Assembly: GCA_964016885.1 (NCBI GenBank)
Contig: OZ024742.1
Span: forward strand, 365,180,001-365,244,000
Length of the DNA: 64,000 nt
Direction: 5' to 3'
Source of the DNA: Eledone cirrhosa
Lineage: Eukaryota
The position numbers were made by a program, and so were the translations under genes. Positions 14,201 through 27,431 of the stretch are shown here, one piece after another. Within the stretch, counting starts at the first letter, position 1. Each line of letters opens with the position of its first letter. The notes under the pieces were generated by a model, which saw only the letters and a program-made list of their open reading frames with translations, did no database searches and was not told the DNA's origin.

Positions 14201-14440
14201 GGCCATATATCTGCGTCTGCCAAATGAACGGCATTCGAAAACAGCGATGAACTGGACTCCGCCTGGCGGTAAACGTAGGCGGGGTTGACCATGGATCACC
14301 TGGCGACGAGCGTTCTGGAAGGACCTGATGGCAGCCAACATCACCTGGCACGGTCTCGAAAAAGTTGCCGCTGATCGTGACCGTTGGCGAGTACTTACTG
14401 CTCGATGCGCCGAACGGCGCGGAAGAATCTAAGACTAAGA
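11255..14440 (+). mobile_element. Full-length RTE-clade non-LTR retrotransposon (APE endonuclease + RT), inactivated by frameshifts and stops
   Basis: APE motifs IGTWNVRTL, ILGVSEMRW, LIGDFNAQIG, EMDYI; RT motifs KLPKKG..C.KWRGITLLS, QAGFR, FIDFKKALDSV, QGCILSP, DLAFAEDI; ~3.2 kb single-ORF layout; 3' tail CTAAGACTAAGA; flanked by (TA)n. Confidence 0.95.
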
Positions 14441-14448
14441 TATATATA

Positions 14449-14597
14449 GGAAAAAGTTCAAGACCCCGACGGCAGCGCTCGAGCCATTTCAACGGCTATT
14501 TCTAGACGTCGGGATCTTGAACTTTTCCCTATTACCCACTCCAATACCCAAAGTATCGAGTACGCTGGTGCGCTATGGTCTACACTTCCTTCGTTAT
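14449..14597. mobile_element. Fold-back pLTR-like insertion (family D), truncated hammerhead 3' half
   Basis: Inverted arms 14449-14472/14508-14531; tail homologous to 41165-41250 and 62381-62460. Confidence 0.7.
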
Positions 14598-14622
14598 ATA
14601 TAAATATATATATATACATACA

Positions 14623-15554
<932 letters not shown>

Positions 15555-15857
15555 ATATATAGTTCATAAAGGATCGTTTCTGTACAAGAAAACAGATAAA
15601 ATTAGGTGAAGAAAGAATACACCTCAGAATGAGATGTGTTACTATAAACCAATCAGAAGGCTAAATACAATTCAGGTTTGAGTTGTATGAAATGCATGTT
15701 TCAAAATATTGAACTAACAATATAAACTCATACAGCTTAAATATTATGATAATACACAACACAAAAACGGTTAATTATGTTTTATTTTAATAAATTAACT
15801 AACGTTTTAAGTGGATACATATTTGAAATATGGGTACAAACACGGTTCGTCTATTTG

Positions 15858-15955
<98 letters not shown>

Positions 15956-16461
15956 TGTGTGTGTACGTGTGTGTGTACGTGTGTGTGTCTACATTAGTAT
16001 TTACTTATGTATCAACAAAGTCCTCCGATATCAAATTAATCATTCGTCCATTGTAGGTCAATAAATATCAGTTTCGCGCCGTCCCTCCTTCATTCTCTCT
16101 ATCTCTGGTAAAACATCACCTCTTTCCATATAGAGTGTATCTACCAGAAGTTCTATATTATTACGTCATCCCTATGTCACCATCAGAAGTTATGTGACAA
16201 TGGTGTGACATGATTTTAGTCTCTATTTCCTTCTGTGGCTTCTGTTTGTTTCTTTGTAAAATAAACAAAATGTCCTCAATGTGTGCGTGGATAATACGTT
16301 GTAGCGTACATGCGCAGACCTACAGGAAACAGTGTCATTAATATTGCTACAATAACAATAGTATCATTTATAGAAGTTCATATTACGTATGCTTTCATTA
16401 ATTATATATATATATATACTTTCATAGGTATATATTTTATATGCTTTCATAAATTCATTGG

Positions 16462-16510
<49 letters not shown>

Positions 16511-16511
<1 letters not shown>

Positions 16512-16990
16512 TTCATTTCTGAATTTGTTTAGCAAGATTCTTTATCTGAAATCGTGTGTTGAAACCGATATTGTTACACTTTGGGAGGGTCATGTTGCCA
16601 ATAAGAAACACACGCACCAGTTGCTTTCACTTCAATTTATTATAATAAATTTATAAATTTATAAATTTCTGGTTGGTTGGTTGGTTCCACAACCAGATAG
16701 TTGTTTATATATTGTCATAGTTCTTTCGTCACACACTCTGTGACCTCTTCAGTGACTGCGGATTCTTTTCTTTGTTTTTGTGTCCCAGTCACTGAATCCG
16801 CAGTCACTGAAAAGGTCACAGAGTGTGTGACGAAAGAACTATGACAATATATAAACAACTATCTGGTTGTGGAACCAACCAACCAACCAGATATTTATAA
16901 ATTTATAAATTTATTATAATAAACTGAAGTGAAAGCAACTGGTGCGTGTGTTTCTTATTGGCAACATGACCCTCCCAAAGTATAACAATA
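16511..16990. mobile_element. Fold-back pLTR-like insertion (family C) with two hammerhead motifs: 16714-16756 (-) and 16803-16845 (+, core CTGAAAA)
   Basis: ~195-bp near-perfect inverted arms; GTCA CTGAAGA G GTCACA-GAGTG-TGTGAC GAAA GAAC TA TGAC. Confidence 0.85.
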
Positions 16991-17048
16991 TATATATATA
17001 TATATTAATTCAAAATATTAACAAAATAGATATTCTTGTGATCAAGTA

Positions 17049-17115
17049 TATTTTATTATACATATTTCAGAGGTACTGAGTTAACTTCAACAGTACGTCC
17101 TCATCAGATAAAATA
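17049..17115 (-). ncRNA. Canonical type I hammerhead ribozyme
   Basis: TATTTTAT CTGATGA GGACGTACTG..CAGTACCTCT GAAA TATGTA TA ATAAAATA; 8-bp stem I. Confidence 0.85.
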
Positions 17116-17320
17116 AGATGATGCATGACATAGTAGCTGGTTAAGATTCAGTCATGGTAGTGAGTAATATATGACAAAATCCAATATTTATATACCTTAA
17201 TATTGAAAACATGAGAAAAACACATAATACATACAATAGAGAGGGTACGTGTGAGAAAGTTTAAAAAATACATGGTAGCAAAATTACTGTTAAATAATTT
17301 AAATTACTGATAATATATAT

Positions 17321-17410
<90 letters not shown>

Positions 17411-17415
<5 letters not shown>

Positions 17416-20400
17416 ATATTTGGGGAGGGTCATATTTGCGTAATATTGCCAGAATTAATAACAGAACACACTCACTGTTTGGTTGGTTTTCGCTTCTCGC
17501 TGTCTTTTATATATATATATCTGCGATCTAACTTACTCGGTCCTCAATGTTGCCATTGACTGACCGGCGGTCAAAAATAATACAGATACAATATAGACAA
17601 ACACATATATATATAGTTTACATAATTTACATAAATCTTTCGTTGCACATCTGCAACATCGTCAGTGGTGTTATATTCATTGTTCCTCCTGTTGTGTTGT
17701 ATGTCTACGCCATTTTTTTTGTTCAGTCTGTCTATATATTTATTTATTTATTTGCTTGTTTGTTTATCTTATTTTATTTTGTCTTCTTTGCGCATGCGTT
17801 TGCGTGTGTGTATAGTGTTATGTGTGATGTGTGACTAGTGTGTATAGTGTTGTGTCTGCTGGGTGACTAGTGTGTGTTTATGTGCTTGTGTATGTATTTA
17901 TTTATCTTATTTTATTTATTTTATTTAATTTACTTATTTATTTATACTTCTCTTAGGTCAGTGTTGTTTGTTTGGGTGTTGTTGTTGTTCCACTCATTCT
18001 TTCTGTTTAGCTTTGGTCTTCTAATTTCTATTTCACTGGCCTCTCTGATTTGCCTATCTGCTGGGTCATTCCTATGTTTAGATATTATTCTAATTTCTAT
18101 GTTGTCTATGTTACCGTCATGTTGTTGTCTAGCATGTTCGTATAGTACTGACCCGTTTTTTCGTCCTTTTAGTTCCCCCCAGTGTTGGTCTATCCTTTCA
18201 CCTATGCTACGAGCTGTCTCACCTATGTATGTTGTTGTCGTGTTTCTGCAAGTACCCTCTGTACATCTTATGCTATAGACTACGTTTCTAGTTTTACAGT
18301 TTATCCGGGGGTTCACCTTACATATGATACATTTCCTATTGGTACAGTGGGTTTTCTTAAAAGGGTAGGTTTTGCTGATCAGGGATTTTATGGTGGTTCC
18401 TGGCTTTTCTACCACCTTTATTTTTAAGTGGGTCTTTCTCAGGGCCTTTCTACACTGGTTAGCTAATTTCCCTCCAGGGGTGGCGTCCACAAACATGACA
18501 CTCTGATATCTCTGGTTGTCGTACCATGATGTGGCCTTCCCTATCTTATGTCTAGCCCTATCTAAGCTATTCCATGATTTGCTCCTGTATAGTGGGCAAA
18601 TTCCTTTCATGTCCAGTTCTATGAGGGTCTTATACTTTTCCATAGCTCCTTCGTATACTCTGACTCTGTCTCTTTGGTTGTAGCCAGAGAACTGCATGCG
18701 GTTGATGAAGTGTTGGATGTGTCCTTCCATTTCTGTTGGGTCGCACATGCTGGACACATTCTTCATCACTCGTACCAAATCTGCGATCAGAATATTAAAC
18801 TTAGCACTACTGGACATTGCTGAGTTTTTGAGTATCAGGTATTTGGAGGCCATGGGTTTAGCATAGTGTGAGTGGAGAATTTGGGCTCTCTCGTCTATAG
18901 TGTTAATCCAGAGTTCTGTGTCTAATACAGGTAGTCTATTGTTAGGGTGTTTGGAAGGGAAGTCTATAGTTACAGTTATACTCTGGTGTATGGAATTAGC
19001 TATCTGCTGGATGCTTTCCATCGTGCTACGTTCTAAATCAAACTTGTTAGTGCTCTCTAGTGGGGGTGTTCTTATAACTATATTGATATCGTCTACATAA
19101 CGAGAGTACATGATGAGGTCTATGGAGCTTTCATTAAGGAGATCTTTAAGTCTCCTTTCCCACCATACCATGAAAAGGTTGGCAACATCACCAGCTATGC
19201 TGACGCCGATGGCTGCTCCCTCATTTTGGGTGTAGATTTTCTCATTGAACTTAAATATGTGGCCCTTTAGGGTAGTTTTGATACTAGCCCCTATTGCATG
19301 TGCGACCATTTTTCTTACCTGATCAGTGTTTTGGGGGGTCCGTATAGCTTTGGTCCACCCAATCCACCTTCCCATGGGAGTCTTTTTAGCCATTGAGGTT
19401 ATGGTGGGGGGTCTACCTCTTATAGGTCTACTAGGGCAGAAACATCTAAGGTCATGGCTGTCTAGGTAGTCAGTGTCGTAGGTAAGTCTAAGTAGGAGGC
19501 CCAGTTCGTCTGTGTCGACGTCGCAGAACTCCACCTCACTCTCAATGATCATCTCCACACATCTTTTCACAGCAAAATCAATGTTAATGGATGGGTACAG
19601 TGACACCACATCCATGCTGCCTATTATGCAGTTGGATAGGCTCCTGTTTTTGTTGCACTCACTGATTCTGCTGAGGAGGTCCTCTGTACTTTCACATACA
19701 TCTGGGGACATCTTGATTATGGGGCGTATAACCATTGAGAGGAAGTAGGAGATCCTGTAGTTGCTAGCTATATTAGCTCCGCATACGGGTCTTGTTGGTG
19801 GTCCTGTTGTCGGGTCGTCGACTGTCTTGTGGTCTTTGCGGAGCCCATACAAGGGTGGTATGCCATTGTTAGACGCCTGGAAGTTGTTGGCAGTGCGTCT
19901 GCTTGGCTTTAGGATGTCAGTCCACATCATCATGTGAGCGTTGAGGATTTTTTCTCTCCCATCGTGTGTTAGTTGTGCAACTTCGCTCGTGTTGGTGATG
20001 TGGGGTTGCATTGCCTCGATGTAGTTCGGCATGCTATCTATTGACATCCTACCAGACTTATCTGTGGGTAGACACACTACCTCACCATCCCTTGTGCGCT
20101 GCTTGAGGCTAACCAAGCCTTCTACAGGTTTTATCCCAAGTTGTTGGGCCTCTGGTCTGCTCTGTCTCATAGTGTACCTGTATACTACTTGTCTAATCTT
20201 ATTTCTAGCTATGGTGAACTGTGCCTCCGTCTCGTCATCTATTTGCTGTGGTATGCAAACTCTTTTATTAAAGGGTAACCTCGTAGGATAGATATTACCC
20301 ATCTTATATGTTTTGTCAGCTGGGTTGAAAAATAGTTTCTCTAAGGGGTTGTCGTTATTTCTATCGTCATAGTTGTGTGTGTTGCTATTATTGTTATCAT

Positions 20401-21160
20401 GGTGGTTGTTGTTGTTTCTATCATTAGCATTAATATTATTATTGTTATGATTGCTAGATGTATTGTTGTTTACTTCACCGTTATTGTTGTTGTTGTTACT
20501 GCTATTTCTACCATTGTGGTTGTTACTATTATTATGTTTCTTGTTTTTGTTGATGTTGCTACATGTACTATTTCCATTATTACCACTGTGGTTATTGTTG
20601 TTGTTGTTGTTCGTATTGTTACCGTTATTACTACTGTGGTCACTGTTGCTGTGTCTGTGGTTAACGTTTCTATTATTATTATTATTGTGGTTGTTGTTGT
20701 TCTGTCTATCGCTAGTATTATTACCATTATCACTATTTCTCACTTTCCTGCCATTGTTATGGTTATGGCTGTTATTTCTATACCCAGAGTTATTGTTTAT
20801 ATTACTACTACCGTTATTATTGTTGTTGTTGTTTACCTTTGCATTCCAACGTATTTTTGTGAAACACTTTTCCAGCTCCGTTTTGCATTCCATAGGGTTA
20901 ATCTTTTTGTAGATGGCAAATTTTGGTGGTAACTTTAGGATTTGTTGTTCTTGTTCACTGATTAAAGTGTTCCCATAGATATTTACTGTGTGGTCATTAG
21001 TAAATTCTTCCGGTATTTTTACATCACTCATACGGATGTTGTCGATGTTATCTGGGTATTTTTGAGAATATTCGATTTTCCTTTCCTGTAGTTTTTTCTT
21101 ATTCATCCATTCTAATTTCTTCTTGAAATGCCTACAGCATTCGTTTTGAGCATATTTCGT
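17411..21160 (-). mobile_element. Penelope-like retroelement (C-terminal GIY-YIG type, Neptune-like Cys linker), 5'-truncated, with 3' UTR/pLTR ending in (TA)n
   Basis: ORF listed below; the 3' terminus ATGACCCTCCCCAAATATAACAA resembles the family C short-arm end. Confidence 0.92.
17628..17669 (-). ncRNA. Minimal hammerhead motif in the PLE 3' UTR
   Basis: CA CTGACGA T GTTGCA-GATG-TGCAAC GAAA GATT TA TG; core and stem II intact, stem I weak. Confidence 0.65.
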
Positions 21161-21202
21161 TATATATAATATAGAAACGGAAAAAATGAAACGAAATTTC
21201 AT
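17942..21202 (-). CDS. PLE reverse transcriptase + GIY-YIG endonuclease, uninterrupted, with ~165-aa Asn-rich insert; the first ~13 codons probably come from flanking DNA
   Basis: PTDKSG, LYGLRKDHK, PTRPV, SMDVVSLYPSI, QNEGAAIG, YSRYVDDI, LPVLDTEL; CTNRKCIIC linker; VVYSIRC..C..YIGET..R..H, HARQQH, REASEI, KLNR. Confidence 0.95.
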   Translation of the reverse strand: MKFRFIFSVSILYITKYAQNECCRHFKKKLEWMNKKKLQERKIEYSQKYPDNIDNIRMSDVKIPEEFTNDHTVNIYGNTLISEQEQQILKLPPKFAIYKKINPMECKTELEKCFTKIRWNAKVNNNNNNNGSSNINNNSGYRNNSHNHNNGRKVRNSDNGNNTSDRQNNNNHNNNNNRNVNHRHSNSDHSSNNGNNTNNNNNNNHSGNNGNSTCSNINKNKKHNNSNNHNGRNSSNNNNNNGEVNNNTSSNHNNNNINANDRNNNNHHDNNNSNTHNYDDRNNDNPLEKLFFNPADKTYKMGNIYPTRLPFNKRVCIPQQIDDETEAQFTIARNKIRQVVYRYTMRQSRPEAQQLGIKPVEGLVSLKQRTRDGEVVCLPTDKSGRMSIDSMPNYIEAMQPHITNTSEVAQLTHDGREKILNAHMMMWTDILKPSRRTANNFQASNNGIPPLYGLRKDHKTVDDPTTGPPTRPVCGANIASNYRISYFLSMVIRPIIKMSPDVCESTEDLLSRISECNKNRSLSNCIIGSMDVVSLYPSINIDFAVKRCVEMIIESEVEFCDVDTDELGLLLRLTYDTDYLDSHDLRCFCPSRPIRGRPPTITSMAKKTPMGRWIGWTKAIRTPQNTDQVRKMVAHAIGASIKTTLKGHIFKFNEKIYTQNEGAAIGVSIAGDVANLFMVWWERRLKDLLNESSIDLIMYSRYVDDINIVIRTPPLESTNKFDLERSTMESIQQIANSIHQSITVTIDFPSKHPNNRLPVLDTELWINTIDERAQILHSHYAKPMASKYLILKNSAMSSSAKFNILIADLVRVMKNVSSMCDPTEMEGHIQHFINRMQFSGYNQRDRVRVYEGAMEKYKTLIELDMKGICPLYRSKSWNSLDRARHKIGKATSWYDNQRYQSVMFVDATPGGKLANQCRKALRKTHLKIKVVEKPGTTIKSLISKTYPFKKTHCTNRKCIICKVNPRINCKTRNVVYSIRCTEGTCRNTTTTYIGETARSIGERIDQHWGELKGRKNGSVLYEHARQQHDGNIDNIEIRIISKHRNDPADRQIREASEIEIRRPKLNRKNEWNNNNTQTNNTDLREV

Positions 21203-21367
21203 TTCTCACTCTTAGTACGGCTGTTACTTAAATATAAGTATGTATACGCACATACATATATGTATACAGACATACAGTAGCATGTATATATATATATACA
21301 TACATGCACACATATATATATATGTACGTGTGGATTCACCGAACATTTATTATAATGCTCGGTGTTT

Positions 21368-21600
21368 ACAAACTGCAAATTGGTTAGTCTAATAATAATA
21401 ATAATAATAATATATATATATATATATATATATTATTATTATTATTAGACTAACCAACTTGCAGTTTGTAATAAATTAAAGTGAAATGAAATGGTGCGTG
21501 TGTTTATATTGGCTGCATGACCTTTCCAAACTATAACAATATCTGTTTCAACACACGTTTTCAGATAAGGAATCTTGTACAACAAATACAAAAACGAAGT
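21368..21600. mobile_element. Diverged family C-like pLTR fragment with a small inverted repeat
   Basis: 21368-21411 is inverted relative to 21431-21470; 21471-21600 is homologous to 63090-63220. Confidence 0.65.
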
Positions 21601-21609
21601 AAATGTGTG

Positions 21610-21717
<108 letters not shown>

Positions 21718-21919
21718 TATGTGTTAGGTGAGTAACTGCAGTTAAAGGCGGCACTCCTTTCGAAGTCCTCAATGCTGTTACGAGGTCGAAGACGAATCAG
21801 ACCCCGGCCTTATGATTGTACCCTGAGCTCTCCCACAGTTTACGTCTTAAGGTAAATGGTAAGAATGTGAAATGTAACCCGACATATATTAAGTCTAATA
21901 AAAGGATTCTATTTTCATT

Positions 21920-23790
21920 GAAAAGTTATTGGTCCCCACGAGCTAATTAGTAATAATTGCTTCTAACTCAGTCAAAAGGTCAACAATCTTTCGGGTATGA
22001 GAAAGTTGATGACACCGACCCCAGTATGTTACTGGTATTTTATTCTATCTATGTGAAAAAAAGCACTAGACAACGCTGTCCTGAGCGGAATTTGAACTGG
22101 GAAGGTAAAGAACCGTAACCAAAGAATAAGTAATATTACGATGTTCTAACCATAACTGTTATCACTGATGTCAATATCCGGCTAACTTCACCTAAACTTT
22201 ATAGCTTTGCCTTGCTCAGTATTGAAACAAGAATCGATGGCATTATTTGGCAGTATCGGTAGAGGGTTGGACGCCATGCTTTGATGCATAGAGTTACGGC
22301 CCTTGCCATTCTGAGTTCAAATCCCGCCTAGGTTAACTTTGCCTTTCATCCTTACGGGGTCGATAAAATAAAGTACCAGTAATGCACTGAGATAATTGCT
22401 GGCCTTGTGCCAAATGTAGAAACAATTATTTAATCGCCAAGGTTAACTTTGCCTTTCTTCCTTACGGGGTCGATAAAATAGAATACCAGTAATACACTGA
22501 GTAATTTCTGGCCTTGTGCAAAAAGTAGAAACAATTATTTAATGTAGCTGTGGGTGGGCAGTATTAGTAGGGAGTCGGACAGCAAACTTAACAGCTTACA
22601 GTCTTTTACGTTCTGAGTTCAAATCCTTCCGAGGTTTGCTTTGCCTTTCATCATTATGGAGTCGATAAAATAATGTACCAGTAACGCAATGGGACCAATT
22701 TAATCAATTTTCCGCTTGCCCAAAGTCATTGACCTTGTCCATAAATCAGAAACTATTATTTAATGTTCTCAATCATCAAAGGTTAAATCACAAACTAGGA
22801 TTTACTGACAATGTAAGTAACTTTCATCTTTACAATTGTATGTATTCAGGTTTGGCAAAGTTACGTTGCAAATAAATCATTATTTTTGTTTGAGTGACGA
22901 CGGATTGACAACATCGTTAATGAGTCGGACAACATTCTAAACCGTATTAGTTCCGACATTTCATGTTCTGTGCTCAAATTCCGGAGATATTAACTTTCCC
23001 TTTCAACCTTACAGGTTGAATAAATCACAACACCAGCAATGATTATCTTACTAGCTGTTGGTTTTTAACGGGGTTATGAGAGCGGTGCATTGGCAATAAT
23101 TGGTAGAGCGTCGGACAATATGCTTTGCGGCATAGAGTTACGGCTCTTTACGTTCTGAGTTCAAATCCACCAAGGTTAGCTGTGCCATTCATATTTGCGG
23201 GGTCGATTAAATAAAGAAACAGACTGGGGTCGTTATAATCGACTTTCCCATTCCCCACAATTTGCTGGCCTTGTACAAAAAGTCGAAACAATTATTTAAT
23301 GTTTCCAACCAGCAAACGTTCAATCAGATATTAGTCTTTAATGACAATGTCGGAAACTTTGATCTTATCTACACATGTATGGATATTCACGTATTGCAAT
23401 GCTAAGTTATATTATTTATCTCTAAACCAAGCACACGTACATCACATAAAGTTGCCTTAGTAGTAACATAATAATAGATCAATCTTCACATAAGTATGAA
23501 TGGGAATCAATATAGCTAAAATAACATCTGCATTGCTAACTTCTAGAATTCTCCATTGTTGCCTCCATAGAAATCTATTCAGTCACATGGCTTCGTCCTC
23601 GACACATTTTAAAATAAAATAATTCATTTGTTTCGAGACATATAATTTGTATATTAACGGGGACCTGGCACAGTTGTTAGAACGTTGGATACAAGGTATT
23701 ACAGTATTTATCCCGGCCTTCTTTACTCTGAGTTCAAATCCCACCAAGGTCAACCTTACCGTTTTTATTAAGGGGTCGAATAGTAATGTA
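21920..23790. mobile_element. Cluster of ~7 tRNA-derived SINE copies (one minus at ~21920-22150, the rest plus)
   Basis: B-box-like CTGAGTTCAAATCC followed by the central domain TTTGCCTTTCATCCTTACGGGGTCGATAAAATAAAGTACCAGT and tail GGCCTTGTGCC..TAGAAACAATTATT. Confidence 0.85.
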
Positions 23791-23854
23791 CGTGTACAGT
23801 AGAGATATCTATTTTAATATCTTTCATACTCCCTCCAGTCTCTGACTCACTCTC

Positions 23855-23966
<112 letters not shown>

Positions 23967-24087
23967 CTCTCTCTCACTCTCTCAATCTCTCTTTGTCGAA
24001 GTAGAACAAAAGAAAAGGAAAAGGAAGAAAAGAAAAAAAGAAAAATATTAAAACAAAAAGAAGAAAAAATGAAAAAGAAAGAAATAA

Positions 24088-25814
24088 CACCGTGTAACCA
24101 GAAAACATTTTTTCCCCCTCTCTCTGGCTTGTAATCACTTTTTTGTGTTGCTTAGGTCCCAAATAAATTTTAAAAAAGTGCTATTAAACAGTTAAAAGTT
24201 TGGGTTTGTAAAAATTCTAAGCTATTCACTAGAATTATTTGTATGCTGGATTTTACGTTGTATGTAAGTTTAATTTGCTTATGTTAAATGATTTTTTATA
24301 TATGTTTCAGGTTAAATTAAAATTATAAAATAAAGAGTAATACCTAAAGAAAATTATAAAAGTGCAATAAAGTATAAAACTGTTAAAAAGTGGATTAAAG
24401 AGATTTACTGATACTGGATTTTCGCACCATGAATAAAGGGTAAGTTGTGTTTTAGGCATTCGTCTCCAGGATGAAGCAGTGCAACTTGGTCAAGGAAGAA
24501 GTGCATGTGACAAGTCAGAGAAGTCGACACGAACCTTTCTCAAATTTACACTCTTAGGGATGGCCTCTGCTTCTGCCATGACGTGCCTGGACTGTTTGAC
24601 GTTATTGGGGTGCCGTTTGTGCCCAGGGAGTGGCGGCTATTTCTAGCCAGCTCCACCACAAGTTTGAAGGCTGTCCTCCTCAACAATGGAAAAAAGTTCC
24701 CGACACTGCCCCTAGCTCATTCAGTCTGCCTGAAGGAAGATTACTACAGTGTGAAAGTCCTCTTGGAAGCTCTGCAATACAACCAGTACAATTGGGAAAT
24801 CATTGGAGACTTCAAGATGGTGGCTTTCCTGCTTGGACTCCAAGGAGGCTTTATCAAATTCCAATGCTTCCTCTGCCTTTGGGACAGCAGAGCCACCTCT
24901 GACTACTACAAAAGAAAGAACTGGGAGCAGCGAACAGAATTTGTAGTTGGGACCCGGAACGTCATGTGGGAGCCACTGGTTGATCCCGGGATTGTGCTCA
25001 TGCCGCCACTGCACATTAAGTTGGGGTTGATGAAGCAGTTTGTGAAGGCTCTCAACCAAGAATCAGCCGCTTTTAAGTACCTTCTTGAGTTATTCCCCAA
25101 GTTATCTCAGGCCAAAATCAAAGAAAGAATTGTTGATGGACCTCAGATAAAGAAGGTGTTTTAGTCTACAGAGTTCACAAATAAGCTCAATAGGATTGAG
25201 AGAACAGCATGGAACTGTTTCAAGGCAGTTGTTAAGGGCTTCCTGGGCAACTACAGAGCTGAAAACTACCAACAACTGGTGCAGGATGTGATAAAGGCTT
25301 TTGGCGCCATGGAATGCAGGATGTCGCTTAAACTCCATATGCTGGACGCTCACCTGGAAAAATTCAAGGATAATATGGGCGCCTACTCAGAAGAACAAGG
25401 CAAACGATTCCACCAAGAAGTGAAAGAGATAGAGCGGTGGTACCAGGGACACTACAATGAAAAAAAGATGGGGGACTATATCTGGGGGCTAGTGCGGGAA
25501 TGCAACCTGGACTACAACGGCAAATCCAGGAAATCGAGTCATTTCTGACGTTTTATAAGTGTTATTTGTTTTTACTTCTTTGCTTTTGATAAGCTTGCGT
25601 AATAAAATAAATATATACTCTGTTGATTTAATTATATTAACTGATAAATTTTAAAAAATGTCTTTTCTTGAAAAATTTGAAAATTTCGAAATATCAAACT
25701 CCTGACCACAAACCCAAACTTCTGATTAAATAATAGTGTTTTTTTATAAAATGGGATATAACAAACCATGAAATGACACTTAGAACCGGAGAACATAAAA
25801 TATGTTACACGGTG
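24088..25814 (+). mobile_element. Chapaev3-like (CMC) DNA transposon, internally deleted
   Basis: TIR CACCGTGTAAC / GTTACACGGTG with 3-bp TSD TAA on both sides; transposase remnant inside. Confidence 0.8.
24456..25548 (+). pseudogene. Disrupted Chapaev3-type transposase (C-terminal part)
   Basis: WRLFL.SS..SLKAVLL, IIGDFKMV, CFLCLWDSR, PPLHIKLGLMKQFVKAL, MSLKLH, SEEQG.RFHQ; in-frame stop at 25162-25164; family assigned from recalled motifs plus CAC termini and TWA TSD. Confidence 0.8.
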
Positions 25815-25870
25815 TAATTTGCAATCAAATGTAGAGTGTGTCCAGTTTAAAAATCCACAACAGTTCTACG

Positions 25871-25908
<38 letters not shown>

Positions 25909-26538
25909 TTGAGGTTACTCTCTTGCTTCTCTGGGTTTCCCATACTCCCGCCAATTACTTACACATGAAGTCTGTATAATTATTTATTATAATTTTTTCG
26001 TCAAGTGCCTTTACTACTGCTGCTGATGATGATGATGATGAAGCTTGAGATATTATAACTCTTCTACTATATACAGAAGAATGTACAAGTCAGCGTGTGT
26101 GTGTGTCTATGCCAGTGTGAATGTAAGTCTGTATGTCAATGTACATGTAAGTATATATGTAAGTCTGTATGTAAGTCTGTATGTCAGTGTGTATGTAAGT
26201 CTGTATGTAAGTGTGTATGTCAGTGTGTATGTAAATATGTATGTAAATGTGACTGTATACGTTTGTACAGATTAGACAAACTGGATCAGTGAATAAAGAG
26301 ATAGAATACAAGAGAACTAATCCTATTAGGCTATGGTATATGATCTAACATGCTTATAGTTGTGTAGAGTTTACATGGAGTAAAGTTTGCTACTACAGAC
26401 CTAACAGTAAAAATAGAGTCGTAATGTTTGTTGAAAATATATATCAATGTTTCCTCGTCCTCCTTTCTACTTCAGACGCAGACATACATACATATACAAT
26501 CACACACAGACATTTACACAAATACACCCCCCCCCCCC

Positions 26539-26722
<184 letters not shown>

Positions 26723-26972
26723 TACACACCTATAAATGCCGATATACATACATCCCATAGATCAGGTGAACATCAGTCAAAAGATTCAAATGAAATCAAC
26801 CATCAAGCAACAACTCAGGAAAGCAAACAGTACGATGATATGTATTAATTTAACGCTTGACAATAAATGAGTGGAGATGTGTCTTTTAAGTTGCAGACGT
26901 TAATTCTTCATCAGAAAGGAAGTTATATTATTAGGAACGAGAGGAAAGTGTAAATATAAACAGAAGAAAGAT

Positions 26973-27003
<31 letters not shown>

Positions 27004-27379
27004 TATATAACCAAACGCTGTTATATCATAATTTAATTTACATGTTTCATCCTCCTGGGACTCGTCGGGGTTTATCAAGATATAAATACCTCAACAGTTT
27101 CATCTTATCTAAAAGCAAAACATACTGGAGAACATTCATTTTACATTTTAAAGAAACTCACCGTCATAGTAGGAAATACTAGTAAATATATATAAAGAGA
27201 AACGACCATATATATTGGTTAACAAGCATTGTTTTGTTTCATGTCATCCTTAGTCCTTTAAATATTTCTACCGCCCTGTACCAACCTTTTGAAGTGCACA
27301 GAAATTAAAACACACACGCACATACACCTATATATATATTGATATATACACATATATACAAATGCCCCCCCCCCCCCCC

Positions 27380-27431
<52 letters not shown>

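Noticed and set aside
20375-20932. Hydrophobic Val/Leu-rich plus-strand ORFs resembling membrane proteins
   Set aside because: Antisense of the Asn-rich insert in the PLE ORF.
22250-22330. Possible tRNA genes
   Set aside because: The A/B-box-like heads continue into SINE bodies, and no complete cloverleaf could be formed.
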